A stretch of 64,000 bases of DNA. Source: Alphaproteobacteria bacterium (GTDB lineage Bacteria > Pseudomonadota > Alphaproteobacteria > Bin95). Both the position numbers and the translations under genes were made by a program. This document shows, one piece after another, positions 13,462-25,737 of this stretch. The stretch's first letter is position 1. Every line of letters begins with the position of its first letter. The stretch lies in contig CBDBGH010000003.1 in NCBI GenBank assembly GCA_965205265.1, positions 2,688,001-2,752,000 on the forward strand, given 5' to 3'. The notes beneath the pieces are model-generated. The model was not told the origin of the DNA. It did no database searches and saw only the letters and a program-made list of their open reading frames with translations.

Positions 13462-14652
13462 TCAGACCACGCCCTTCCGGGCCAGTTCGGCGATCTCCTC
13501 CGGCGAAAGGCCGAGGGCGCCATAGACGGCCGCGTTGGCCTCGCCGAGCGCGGGGCCGAGCCGTTCCACCCGGCCCGGCGTGCGGGAGAGCTTCGGTACG
13601 ACGCCGGGCACCGCGATTTCTCCCGTGTCCGCATCGTCGATCCGCAGGATCGCGTCGCGCGCAGCGAAATGCGGGTCGGCGAAGATTTCGTCCACGGCGT
13701 TGACGGGGCCGACCGGCACCTCCGCCGCAAGGCAGCGGTCCATCGCCTCGTCGCGGTCCATCGAGCCGAGCCAGGCCCCGACGGCCCCGTCCACAATCTC
13801 GCGCTCCGCCAGACGGGCAGGCGCCTCGCCGTAGCTCTGCTGCAGGTCGGGCCGCGCCATGGCGCCTGTCAGCCGCTCGAACATCTTGTCGCTGGTGCAG
13901 GCAATGGCGATCCAGCGCCCGTCTCCGCACTCGAAATGCCCGTGCGGGCAGGCATTGAGCGTGTTGGACCCCTCGCGGCCGCGTATCGTGCCCACGGCGT
14001 CATAGGCGGGCGCAAGCTCGTCGAGCACGCGGAACACCGGCTCGAAGAGCGCGAGGTCGATCACCTGGCCCCGGCCCGAGCGCTCCCGCTCGCGCAGCGC
14101 CATCAGCACGCCGAGCGCCCCGTACATGCCCGTCATGTAGTCGCCGAGCGAAGTCGAGCCCGGTGTCACGGGCGGGCCACCCGGAAAACCGGCGAGGTGG
14201 GTAAGCCCGCCGAAGGCATGAGCTATGCGGGCGAAGCCCGGCCGCTGGCGGTAGGGCCCGGTCTGGCCGTAGCCGGTGACCCGCAGCATTACAAGGCCCG
14301 GATTGGCGGCGGCCAGCTCCTCGTAGCCGAGGCCCCAGCGCTCCATCGTGCCGGGGCGGAAATTCTCGCACACCACATCGGCATCGGCCGCCAGCCGCCG
14401 GAACAGCTCCGCCCCCTCGGGCGCGCGCAGGTTGAGCGTGATCGAGCGCTTGTTGCGCGATTCGCTGAGCCAGGCGAGCGAGCTGTCGGCGCGGGCGCTC
14501 GGGGTGCCGTAGCGCCGCCAGGGATCGCCGGCGGGCTGCTCGATCTTGATGACCTCGGCGCCGAACTCGCCCAGAATGGTTGCCGCGTGAGGCCCCGCAA
14601 TGAAGGTTGCCGCATCCAGAATCCGGATGCCGTCCATCGGCCGTCCGCTCAT
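13462..14652 (-). CDS. CaiB/BaiF family (class III) CoA transferase
   Basis: GAEVIKIE, RNKRSITLNL, DVVCENFRPGTMERWGLGY, GYGQTGPY. Confidence 0.92.
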   Translation of the reverse strand: MSGRPMDGIRILDAATFIAGPHAATILGEFGAEVIKIEQPAGDPWRRYGTPSARADSSLAWLSESRNKRSITLNLRAPEGAELFRRLAADADVVCENFRPGTMERWGLGYEELAAANPGLVMLRVTGYGQTGPYRQRPGFARIAHAFGGLTHLAGFPGGPPVTPGSTSLGDYMTGMYGALGVLMALRERERSGRGQVIDLALFEPVFRVLDELAPAYDAVGTIRGREGSNTLNACPHGHFECGDGRWIAIACTSDKMFERLTGAMARPDLQQSYGEAPARLAEREIVDGAVGAWLGSMDRDEAMDRCLAAEVPVGPVNAVDEIFADPHFAARDAILRIDDADTGEIAVPGVVPKLSRTPGRVERLGPALGEANAAVYGALGLSPEEIAELARKGVV

Positions 14653-14722
14653 TCCCCTTTTACCTCCGCTTCCAACCGGCGCGGCTTTATAGCAGGCGCA
14701 TGAGCGGATAGAGTGGCGCACC

Positions 14723-16480
14723 ATGTTCACCACGCGCCCCGAACTGCTCGGCACCTTCGGCGTAACCGCCTCGACGCACTGGCTGGCGTCGGCTACCGCC
14801 ATGGCCGTGCTGGAAGAAGGCGGCAACGCCTTCGATGCAGCGGTCGCAGCCGGCTTCGCGCTGCAGGTGGTCGAGCCGCATCTGAACGGCCCCGGGGGCG
14901 ACATGCCGGCGCTCATCTGGAGCGCGGCCAAGCAGCGGTTGCGAGTCGTCTGCGGACAAGGACCGGCGCCCGCGGCCGCAACCATCGACGCCTTTCGCGG
15001 CCTCGGCCTCGACATCGTGCCGGGAACCGGCCTGCTTGCGACCTGTGTGCCGGGCGCTGTCGATGGCTGGCTGCTGATCGCGCGCGATTACGGAACGATG
15101 GAACTCTCGCGACTGCTGCGCCCGGCCATCGAATTCGCCGGCGGCGGCTATCCGCTTGTAGGCCATGCGGTGGCGACCATCGCTTCGGTGGAGGCGCTGT
15201 TCCGCGACGAGTGGCCGACCTCGGCCGCTGTCTATCTGCCGGGCGGCAGGCTGCCCGAGGCCGGGAAGCTGTTCCGCAACCCGGCGCTTGCCCGGACCTG
15301 GACGCGGCTTGTCGAAGAAGCGGAAGCCGCCGGAGGGTCGCGGGAGGACCGGATCGAGGCCGCGCGGCGCATCTTTCAGCAGGGCTTCGTAGCGGAAGCG
15401 ATTGCCGATTTCGCGGCCGGCAACGAAGTCATGGACAGCTCGGGCCGGCGCCATCGCGGCCTGCTCGCCGGCGACGACATGGCGAACTGGCGGGCGAGTT
15501 ACGAGAAGCCGCTGACCTACGACTACGGGCGCTACCGGGTCGCGAAGGCGGGGCCCTGGTCGCAGGCGCCGGTGTTCCTCCAGCAACTGGCGCTGCTCAA
15601 GGAATTCGACCTCGAGAGCATGGACCCACTCGGCGCCGATTTCGCCCATGTCGTCACCGAATGCGCGAAGCTTGCCTTCGCCGACCGCGAGGCCTTTTAC
15701 GGCGACCCGGCCCATGTCGATGTGCCGATGGAGCGCCTCTTGTCCGACGACTACAATGACGCGCGCCGCGCGCTTGTCGGCGCGGAAGCCAGCCGGGAGC
15801 TCAAGCCGGGCGCGGTGGATGGTTTCGCTTCGACCGTGCGGGTCGGTGAGCGGCGCGGATCGACCGCGGGAGCGGGCGAGCCCACCATGGCGCTCGCCGA
15901 AGGCGACACCTGCCATCTCGACGTGATCGACCGCTGGGGCAATATGGTCTCCGCGACGCCTTCCGGCGGCTGGCTGCAAAGCTCGCCCGTCATCCCGGCG
16001 CTCGGCTTCTGTCTCGGTTCGCGGATGCAGATGTTCTGGCTCGAGGAAGGCCTGCCCGGCTCGCTCGCGCCGGGGAAGCGGCCCCGCACCACGCTCAGCC
16101 CTTCATTCGCCTTCCGCGACGGCGAGCCCTGGATGGCCTTCGGCACGCCGGGCGGCGACGGGCAGGACCAGTGGTCGCTGATCTTCTTCCTGCGCCATGT
16201 CCACCACGGCATGAACCTCCAGGCGGCGATCGACGCGCCGACCTTCCAGAGCCACCATTTCCCGTCGTCGTTCTATCCGCGCCAGGCCGATCCCGGTCGA
16301 CTCGCCGTGGAGGAACGCCTGCCCGGGGAAACCGTCGCCGAACTGGCCCGGCGCGGCCACGATGTCGAAGTTATCGGCCCATGGAGCATCGGGCGGATCA
16401 GCGCCTGCGCGAGAGAGGACGGCCTGTTGAAGGCGGCAGCCAATCCCCGCCTTATGCAGGGCTACGCGGCCGGCCGGTGA
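14723..16480 (+). CDS. Gamma-glutamyltransferase family protein
   Basis: GGNAFDAAVAA, GDTCHLDVIDRWGNMVSATPS, PGKRPRTTLSP, GTPGGDGQ. Confidence 0.92.
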   Translation: MFTTRPELLGTFGVTASTHWLASATAMAVLEEGGNAFDAAVAAGFALQVVEPHLNGPGGDMPALIWSAAKQRLRVVCGQGPAPAAATIDAFRGLGLDIVPGTGLLATCVPGAVDGWLLIARDYGTMELSRLLRPAIEFAGGGYPLVGHAVATIASVEALFRDEWPTSAAVYLPGGRLPEAGKLFRNPALARTWTRLVEEAEAAGGSREDRIEAARRIFQQGFVAEAIADFAAGNEVMDSSGRRHRGLLAGDDMANWRASYEKPLTYDYGRYRVAKAGPWSQAPVFLQQLALLKEFDLESMDPLGADFAHVVTECAKLAFADREAFYGDPAHVDVPMERLLSDDYNDARRALVGAEASRELKPGAVDGFASTVRVGERRGSTAGAGEPTMALAEGDTCHLDVIDRWGNMVSATPSGGWLQSSPVIPALGFCLGSRMQMFWLEEGLPGSLAPGKRPRTTLSPSFAFRDGEPWMAFGTPGGDGQDQWSLIFFLRHVHHGMNLQAAIDAPTFQSHHFPSSFYPRQADPGRLAVEERLPGETVAELARRGHDVEVIGPWSIGRISACAREDGLLKAAANPRLMQGYAAGR

Positions 16481-18660
16481 AGGCGCTCCGGGCCCTTCTT
16501 CTGTTGAGCCTGGTCGCAGGCTCCGGCGCGGCGGCGGAGCCTGCCGCCAATACGGGGCGCGAACCCTTCGTCTTCCAGGCGGACCGGATCGATTTCGACC
16601 ACGAGCGCAATCTCGTGGCGGCCACCGGCGATGTCGAACTCGCCCGCGAAGGACGCATTCTGCGCGCGGACCGGATCGTCCTCGACCGCAATGCCGGCAT
16701 TGCGCGCGCGGACGGGAACGTCACCCTGATCGAACCGGACGGCGAGGTGCTGTTCGCCGATTCGGTGGAGCTTACGGACGATCTCAGGGACGGCTTCGTC
16801 GAGCAGTTCAAGGCCCGGCTCGGTACCGGTTCGCGGCTGGCGGCAAGCTCGGGCCAATTGCAGGACGGAACGCGCGCCGAGCTTAACCAGGCTGTGTATT
16901 CCGCCTGCGAGCCCTGCGCCGACGAGCCGTCCGAAGCGCCGGTCTGGCAGGTCAAGGCCCGCCGCGTCACCCATGACAGGGTCGAGCAGCAGGTGACCTA
17001 CAGGGGCGCCGTGCTGGAGATGTGGGGCGTGCCGGTGCTCTACAGCCCCTATCTCAGCCATCCCGACCCGGACGTGACCCGCAAGAGCGGCTTCCTGACG
17101 CCGACGGTCGGGCATCGCAGCGATCTCGGCGCCCGCATCGAAACGCCCTGGTTCTGGAATATCGGGCCGGACCGGGACGCAACCTTCACCCCGATCGTCG
17201 CCAGCGAGCGCGGCTTCATAGGCGCGGGCGAATACCGGCAATTGTTCGACCGGGGGCGCCTCGAGCTTTCCGGCAGTCTTGCGACGCTCGACAAGGAACC
17301 GAAGGAACGGGCCGGAAGCGGGCCGCGCGGGCATGTCCGCCTCAAGGGCGAGTCGCATGCCGGCGACGACTGGCGGCTCCGGGGCGAGTTCTACCGCACC
17401 TCGGACGACGGCTATCTCGACCTGGTCGGGCTGGACAACAGCGAGACATTGCCCAGCTTCGCGGAAGCGGAGGGCTTCTTCGACCGGGCCTATGCGCGGG
17501 TCGGCATGTTCGATGTGCAGGAATTGCGCAGCGGCATTTCCGGGGACGAGTCCCCGTTGGCGGCGCCCGAGTTCCTCTATGAATGGCAGGACGCTCCCTC
17601 TCCGGACGGCGCCTGGTCGCTGCGCGCCGCCGGCGCCGCCCTGCACCGCCGCCGGGACGACGAGAACCAGCGCGTGACGCTCGAAGGCGGCTGGCGGCTG
17701 GAGCGCTTCACCGACGGCGGCCACCGGCTTGAAGTCGGCGCCGGCCTGCGGGGCGATTTCGCGCATGGGGACCTCGTGCGCGAAAACACGGCCGCCGACG
17801 ACAACAATGCCCGCCTGTTGCCGCGGGCCTCGGCCGGCTGGAGCTACCTGCTGGCCGGCGGGATGGAAGACCTGCAGATGACGGTCGAGCCCAGGGCCCA
17901 GCTGGTGCTGGGCCGCAACAGCGCCGATGCCGACGAATTCCCCATGGAGGACCGCCAGGCCGTCGAGTTCGAATTCGACAACCTGTTCGCCCTCAACCGG
18001 TTTCCGGGACTGGACGGCGCGGAGACCGGCCAGCGCATCGATTACGGGGTGCAGACCAGCCTTCACGGCGCCGGCGACTGGCATGTGGATGCGGGCATAG
18101 GACAAAGCCGGCGCCGGAAGGCGAACCGGGATGCACCCGAGGATTCCGGGCTCGATACCGCCGTGTCCGATATCGTGGGCCGGGTCAGCCTGACGGCCGG
18201 GGAAATGACCGCGCTCGGCTACCGCTTCCGCCTCGACAAGGACGACCTCACCGCCCGGCAGACCGCGCTCGACCTGTCCGTGAACCTGGACCCGCTGTAT
18301 TTCGATGCCCGCTACGCAAGGGCCGTCGGCGTGGCCGACCCTTTGGACGAGGAGGACGATGAGGAGGACAAGAAGGCCGGGGAGGAGCGCGAGCAGGTCG
18401 ATATCGGCCTCCGCTCGAAACTGGACGCGAACTGGTCGGTCCTGAGCCGTTACAGGCGGGACCTCGATACCGGGCGCTCGCTGCTCGGCGGCCTCGGCCT
18501 GAAATACGAGGACGAGTGCCTGCTGTTCGAGGCCGCTTTCGAGCGCGAATACAAGGTTGCCGGCGGCGATCCGGACAACCGGGTCTCGGTCCGCCTCGTC
18601 TTCCGGGACCTCGGCAGCCTTCCCGGAACGCAGGGCGTGCTGCCCGGCGGCCGGTCATGA
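16477..18660 (+). CDS. lptD: LPS assembly protein LptD (GTG start overlapping GGT stop)
   Basis: Signal peptide, N-terminal OstA-like domain, YSAC.PC, PYLSHPDP...RKSGFL.P, NLFALNRFPGLD, YEDEC. Confidence 0.88.
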   Translation: MKALRALLLLSLVAGSGAAAEPAANTGREPFVFQADRIDFDHERNLVAATGDVELAREGRILRADRIVLDRNAGIARADGNVTLIEPDGEVLFADSVELTDDLRDGFVEQFKARLGTGSRLAASSGQLQDGTRAELNQAVYSACEPCADEPSEAPVWQVKARRVTHDRVEQQVTYRGAVLEMWGVPVLYSPYLSHPDPDVTRKSGFLTPTVGHRSDLGARIETPWFWNIGPDRDATFTPIVASERGFIGAGEYRQLFDRGRLELSGSLATLDKEPKERAGSGPRGHVRLKGESHAGDDWRLRGEFYRTSDDGYLDLVGLDNSETLPSFAEAEGFFDRAYARVGMFDVQELRSGISGDESPLAAPEFLYEWQDAPSPDGAWSLRAAGAALHRRRDDENQRVTLEGGWRLERFTDGGHRLEVGAGLRGDFAHGDLVRENTAADDNNARLLPRASAGWSYLLAGGMEDLQMTVEPRAQLVLGRNSADADEFPMEDRQAVEFEFDNLFALNRFPGLDGAETGQRIDYGVQTSLHGAGDWHVDAGIGQSRRRKANRDAPEDSGLDTAVSDIVGRVSLTAGEMTALGYRFRLDKDDLTARQTALDLSVNLDPLYFDARYARAVGVADPLDEEDDEEDKKAGEEREQVDIGLRSKLDANWSVLSRYRRDLDTGRSLLGGLGLKYEDECLLFEAAFEREYKVAGGDPDNRVSVRLVFRDLGSLPGTQGVLPGGRS

Positions 18661-18706
18661 CGATGCCTGCGCCGGGTGTGCTGGCGCATGATCTGTCCGG
18701 GCGGCG

Positions 18707-19912
18707 TCAGACAGCGCCGGCGTCGCGCAATTCGCGAATCTCTCCCGCTGAATAGCCGATTTCGGCGAGGATCTCGTCGCTGTCTGCGCCGTGCTCCGGC
18801 GGCGGGCGCGCCGTGCCGGGGCCGTCGGTATCGGCAAGGAAGGCCGGGTTGACGGTATAGACGTCGCGCCCGATGCCGGCCGGCCCCGGACGGCGTTCGA
18901 CGAAGCGGCGCTCGGCCAGCGCCGGATGGGCGAGCGCCTGCGAAATATCGTTGATCGGCGCCGCGGGAACGCCCTCGGCCGCGAGGCGCTTCTCCCAGCC
19001 CTCCGGCGTGTCGTCCGCGAACGCCTCCTCCAGCGCCGCCCGCAGCGCGCCCTGGTTCGCCTTGCGCGCCTCGTTGTCGGCGAAGCGCGGGTCGGCGGCG
19101 AGGTCCGGCCGGTCCAGCGCCCGGCAGAGGCCCTGCCACTGGCGCTCGGTCAGGCAGGTCATCAGGATCGAGCCGTCGCGCACGCGGAAGGAGTCCGCCG
19201 TGGGAATGCGCGCCGGCGAGGAGTTGCCGACCGGCCGGGCCAGGCTTCCGGTGGTCAGGTAGTCGATCAGCAGCGGGGCGAGCATGGACAGCGACGACTC
19301 GAACATCGTCACGTCCAGGCGCTGGCCCTCGCCCGTCGCCTTCTGGCGGTAGAGCGCCGAGGCGCAGGCGAAGGCGGCGGTGATGCCGGTGGAGAGATCG
19401 ACCGCGGTGAAGCCCGCCCTGACGGGCCCCGTCTCGGGATGGCCGGTAACCGACATCATGCCCGACGCCGCCTGGATGGCGCCGTCATAGGCGGGCGCCC
19501 CGGCATAGGCGCCGGTCTGCCCGTAGCCCGAGATCGAACAGAAGACGAGGCCCGGCCGGACCTCCTTCAACGCCTCGTAGCCGAAGCCCAGCCGGTCCAT
19601 GGTGCCGGCCTTGAAATTCTCCACCACGATGTTCGCCCCGGCGACGAGGCGGTGCACCACCTCGCGGGCACGGGGATGCTTGAGGTCGAGCGTCAGCGCC
19701 CGCTTGCCGGCGTTGATCGACAGGAACATCGGCGACATGCCGACGCGCCCGAGATCGTTGTCGCCGATCAGGTAGCGGCCCTGGTCACCGCCCGACCGCT
19801 GCTCCAGCTTGATGACATCGGCGCCCATCATCGCCAGATGCTGGGTGCAGAACGGGCCGGCGATCACCTGCGTGAAGTCGATCACCCGCACCCCGTCGAA
19901 TGCCTTCGCCAT
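18707..19912 (-). CDS. CaiB/BaiF family CoA transferase
   Basis: GVRVIDFTQVIAGP, GADVIKLE, VVENFKAG, SISGYGQTG. Confidence 0.92.
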   Translation of the reverse strand: MAKAFDGVRVIDFTQVIAGPFCTQHLAMMGADVIKLEQRSGGDQGRYLIGDNDLGRVGMSPMFLSINAGKRALTLDLKHPRAREVVHRLVAGANIVVENFKAGTMDRLGFGYEALKEVRPGLVFCSISGYGQTGAYAGAPAYDGAIQAASGMMSVTGHPETGPVRAGFTAVDLSTGITAAFACASALYRQKATGEGQRLDVTMFESSLSMLAPLLIDYLTTGSLARPVGNSSPARIPTADSFRVRDGSILMTCLTERQWQGLCRALDRPDLAADPRFADNEARKANQGALRAALEEAFADDTPEGWEKRLAAEGVPAAPINDISQALAHPALAERRFVERRPGPAGIGRDVYTVNPAFLADTDGPGTARPPPEHGADSDEILAEIGYSAGEIRELRDAGAV

Positions 19913-20009
19913 GGCCTGCCCTTCCCCCTCTTGCTGCGGCAATTCTAGCGGCTGACGGCCGGTTGCGGAATCCGGCAGACTTGGGGGCCCCGCAAGTCAG
20001 GAACGCCTC

Positions 20010-20681
20010 ATGCGACCGCGCGACGCCGCCACGCTGATTCTCTACCGCCGCAGGGCGGAGGAAATCGAGGTGCTGATGGGGCGCCGGTCTCCCCGGCACG
20101 CCTTCATGCCCAACACCTTCGTGTTTCCCGGCGGCCGGGTCGATCCCGAGGACGGGCGCATAGCCCCGCTGGCGGACCTGCGCGAACCGGTGCTGGAACG
20201 CCTGCAGCGCAACGCCACGGCAAGGCGCTCCCGGGCGCTCGGCCTTGCGGCGGTCCGCGAGGCATTCGAGGAAACCGGCCTCGCCGTCGGCATGCCGCAT
20301 GGCGGCGCGGCGGACATGGACCGCATCCCGGCTTCCTGGCATCCCTTCTACGAGACCGGCCTCGCGCCCAGGCTCGACGTGCTGGACTATGTGTTCCGGG
20401 CGATCACGCCGCGCGGCGACGTGCGGCGCTTCCATGCGCGCTTCTTCCTCGCCGACAGCCGCCATGCCCGGGGCGCGCTCGGCGGCAGCGGCGAGCTTCA
20501 GGACCTGCAATGGATCGCGATAGACCGCGCGGTCGCGATGCCCACCACGCCCGGCGTCACCGCGAGGGCGCTGGAGGAAGTGCGCAGCCGCACGGCCGGC
20601 GCCCTTGTCCCCGGCGCGGCCCCTCCCGTTCCCCTCTATCACGGCACCCGCTACGGCGACCGGGTGCGCCTCGACCCCTGA
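20010..20681 (+). CDS. NUDIX hydrolase
   Basis: PRDAATL, VFPGGRVD, AAVREAFEETGL, RRFHARFF. Confidence 0.88.
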   Translation: MRPRDAATLILYRRRAEEIEVLMGRRSPRHAFMPNTFVFPGGRVDPEDGRIAPLADLREPVLERLQRNATARRSRALGLAAVREAFEETGLAVGMPHGGAADMDRIPASWHPFYETGLAPRLDVLDYVFRAITPRGDVRRFHARFFLADSRHARGALGGSGELQDLQWIAIDRAVAMPTTPGVTARALEEVRSRTAGALVPGAAPPVPLYHGTRYGDRVRLDP

Positions 20682-20708
20682 CCCCCGCAAAGGAGCCCCG
20701 CCGGTCCC

Positions 20709-21392
20709 ATGTTGATCGAACAGCGCAGCTACGACTTCCACCCCGGCCTCATGGACGCCTGGCTCGAGGTTTACGGCCGGCTCGGCATGCCCGCCTCGGA
20801 CCGCCATATGGGCCCGAGCCTCGGCTGCTTCACCACCGTGATCGGGCCGGTCAACCGCTTCGTCTTCCTGCGCGGCTACGATGACATCGACGCCCGCGAC
20901 ACGGGCCAGGCGGCGCGGGCGAAGGACCCCGAGTGGCAGGAGTTCCTGAAGGAAGCGCGCGCGCTCGGGGCGCTGAAATACCAGGAGAGCAAGTTCCTCC
21001 GCCCGACCGCCTTCTCGCCCGTGCAAAGCGAGGCCGACCTGCCGTGGACGCGCACCCTTCCCGGCACGGGCATGATCGTCGATCACCGCACCTACGACAT
21101 GCATCCCGGCAAGGGCGGCGCCTGGCTCGACGCCTACCGCGATGTCGGCCTCGCCGTGCAGCGCCGCCATCTGGGCCAGCTGCTCCTGTTCGCCACGACC
21201 GAGGTCGGCCCGATCAACCAGGCCGTCTTCATGTGGGCCTATGAGAGCATCGGCGACCGCGAACGCCGGCGGGCCGGCATGGAACAGGACCCGGGCTGGG
21301 CCGCCTTCCGCCTGCGCCACCAGCCGTTCCTCGCACTCAAGCAGCAGACGAACCAGCTCCTGGAGCCGGCGGCCTTCTCGCCCGTCCGCTGA
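20709..21392 (+). CDS. Tandem NIPSNAP-domain protein
   Basis: Two repeats of R.Y..HPG...W, GP.N..V, DP.W..F, L.P.AFSPV. Confidence 0.85.
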   Translation: MLIEQRSYDFHPGLMDAWLEVYGRLGMPASDRHMGPSLGCFTTVIGPVNRFVFLRGYDDIDARDTGQAARAKDPEWQEFLKEARALGALKYQESKFLRPTAFSPVQSEADLPWTRTLPGTGMIVDHRTYDMHPGKGGAWLDAYRDVGLAVQRRHLGQLLLFATTEVGPINQAVFMWAYESIGDRERRRAGMEQDPGWAAFRLRHQPFLALKQQTNQLLEPAAFSPVR

Positions 21393-21420
21393 ACGGCGGG
21401 TCCCGGAGGCCTGCCCCGCG

Positions 21421-21483
21421 GATGTCATGAGATGTCATGGTCCACTCCAGCCATGCGTCATGAGATGTCATGGGGTGTCATGT
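21421..21483. repeat. Short tandem repeats of a GATGTCATGA-like 10-mer
   Basis: gatgtcatgagatgtcatgg ... gtcatgagatgtcatggggtgtcatg. Confidence 0.7.
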
Positions 21484-21633
21484 TCTGCATGCGCATGGGG
21501 CATATGCCGCCGTCGGTCCGGGCATGAAGCCGTCCGCCCCTCGATCTCATCCGCCTGCCCTCACCGTCGCCCCGGACGCCCTCCTCCGTCATGCCCGAAC
21601 ACCGTCCCTGCGCCACGCCCGCACGCTCCCCTC

Positions 21634-21721
21634 CGTCATGCCCGGACTTGTTCCGGGCATCTCCCTCAAGCGCTTCCACCGGGCGGCCGCATGGATGCCC
21701 GGAACGAGTCCGGGCATGACG
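21634..21721. repeat. REP-like palindromic element, copy 1
   Basis: CGTCATGCCCGGACTTGTTCCGGGCATC ... GATGCCCGGAACGAGTCCGGGCATGACG; second copy at 32766-32853. Confidence 0.88.
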
Positions 21722-21916
21722 ATATGAGGGCATGACGATGAAGAGGGACTGCGGCGCGTCAATCAAGCTGAGACGTTTGCGTCAATCAGGATGAGACGGG
21801 GGAAGGCGGCGGCCTGGAACGCAGGGAGGGCGTAGCCCGACCGGAGTTCCGGGCCGCCGGCTCGAAAAATTTCCCCCGGGCCTTCTGGCGGCCAGGGCCG
21901 GCCGGGCGAACGGTGA

Positions 21917-24285
<2,369 letters not shown>

Positions 24286-24612
24286 GCCGCCGCCTGCTCA
24301 GGTAGAGCGGCCACGACAATCAGGGCCCGCGGGGATCGTCTCCGCGCGCCGTCTCTTCTCCGACCCGACGGCCTGCCGCGACAATCAAAACCATTCCCGA
24401 AAACACTGTTTGTCGCGCCGCGACAATCAAAACCGGAAACCGCTTGCAATCCACCCCCCGCGCGGCAATCATCAACTCGCCGCTGCCGCCGGGAATCTCA
24501 TCCTGATTGACGCGCAGCTCTCACCCAGATTGTCGCGCCATAAGGGACGGCGCGCCGGGCGGAAGAGGCTCCATACCCCGATCGAAGCCATGCGGGCTTC
24601 GAAACCGGGACA

Positions 24613-25209
24613 CTACCGCCCGTCCGCACCCCCGCCCGCAGCGGCGGCTTCCCTTGCGGCGAGTTCTGCGGCCTCGCGGCGTTCCTGGCGGGCGAGCCAG
24701 TCGTAGAACGCGGGCGTGGTCAGCTTGCCCACATACTGGCGCTCGCCGAAGTTGTAGTAGTCCTCGCTGCCGTCGTAACTGTCCTCGTCCGGCACCAGCG
24801 GCCCGAAGCGGCGCTCCTGCTCCGCATGCCAGGCCCGGAACTCCGGCGTCTGCTGGCTGCCGACATAGACCTCGTCGAAATAGTGGTATTCGTCCTCGCT
24901 GCCGTCATAGCCGGTCTCCGGTTCCGGCTCCGGAACCCAGTCGTCGAGATCGTCCGCCGGCTCTTCGGCAGTCACCTGTTCCGGCTCGGGCATGCGGGCG
25001 GCGGCCCAGTCGAGGAGGTTGAGGAGCTGGCGCAGATGGGAGAGCGCGGCGCGTCCGGCGCGGTGACGGTCGGCAAGGGCGCGGTCGTCCTCCGGCGGCG
25101 GCGCTGCGCCCATGTCCTGGGCATAAGCTTCGGCAAGGGCTGCGGCGGCGGGCGCCAGCTTTTCGGCCAGCATCGCCGCCAGTTCGGGTCGGGGGTCGAT
25201 TGCGGTCAT
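24613..25209 (-). CDS. Hypothetical protein with duplicated C-terminal module
   Basis: ATG at 25209 preceded by GGAGGAG RBS; two YDGSED.Y.F....VG...TP.F..W.A.QERR units. Confidence 0.65.
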   Translation of the reverse strand: MTAIDPRPELAAMLAEKLAPAAAALAEAYAQDMGAAPPPEDDRALADRHRAGRAALSHLRQLLNLLDWAAARMPEPEQVTAEEPADDLDDWVPEPEPETGYDGSEDEYHYFDEVYVGSQQTPEFRAWHAEQERRFGPLVPDEDSYDGSEDYYNFGERQYVGKLTTPAFYDWLARQERREAAELAAREAAAAGGGADGR

Positions 25210-25441
25210 CGTCTCTCCTCCTGCGACGGGGCGCGGGTCCCTGTTTCGCGCGTATCCCGCGCGGGCGCCTGTGCCGGCGCGGGCGGGCGTTACGCGGCGG
25301 CGCGGTTCGCGTGCCTGATTGCGCGCGCGAGGCGGAGGGCGCACCTCTCCCGTCGGCTTCTCACGGGTTTTCAGAAACTGGCGCCGCTCGGCCGCGCGGC
25401 ACCCGGGGGAGGCGGCTCCGGAGTCCGCTTCCCTGGGGACC

Positions 25442-25483
25442 ATCATACCACAATCCGCCAGATGTCAAGATCAAAATAAGAAC
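25442..25483 (-). promoter_or_regulatory. Sigma70-like promoter with adjacent alphaproteobacterial LexA-like box
   Basis: Minus strand TTGACA-15nt-TATGAT with extended -10 TG; GTTC-N7-GATC directly upstream (25469-25483) in an AT-rich patch. Confidence 0.55.
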
Positions 25484-25737
25484 AAAAAGCAAAAATAACA
25501 GAAATTATACCAGCGGCTACAAGCAAGAACCCACGAGCCTTTGCCGTCGTCCCGGACGGCGCGTCGACAGCCTGCCCCGGACCTCGATCCGGGACCACCC
25601 GCGGCAGGCGCAACGCCGAAGGAGGACCGGGGCGCCTCCCGCTTTCGCGAGGGCAGGCGGCGGGGCGCGGTCTCCATGGCCGCAACCCGGCACCGCCGGT
25701 ATTATTCAGATATGCGAATGAAGCCCGGCCTCCTGCC

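Noticed and set aside
21421-21650. Repeats considered as a CRISPR array
   Set aside because: Units are short and degenerate, with no constant repeat and unique spacers and no cas genes.
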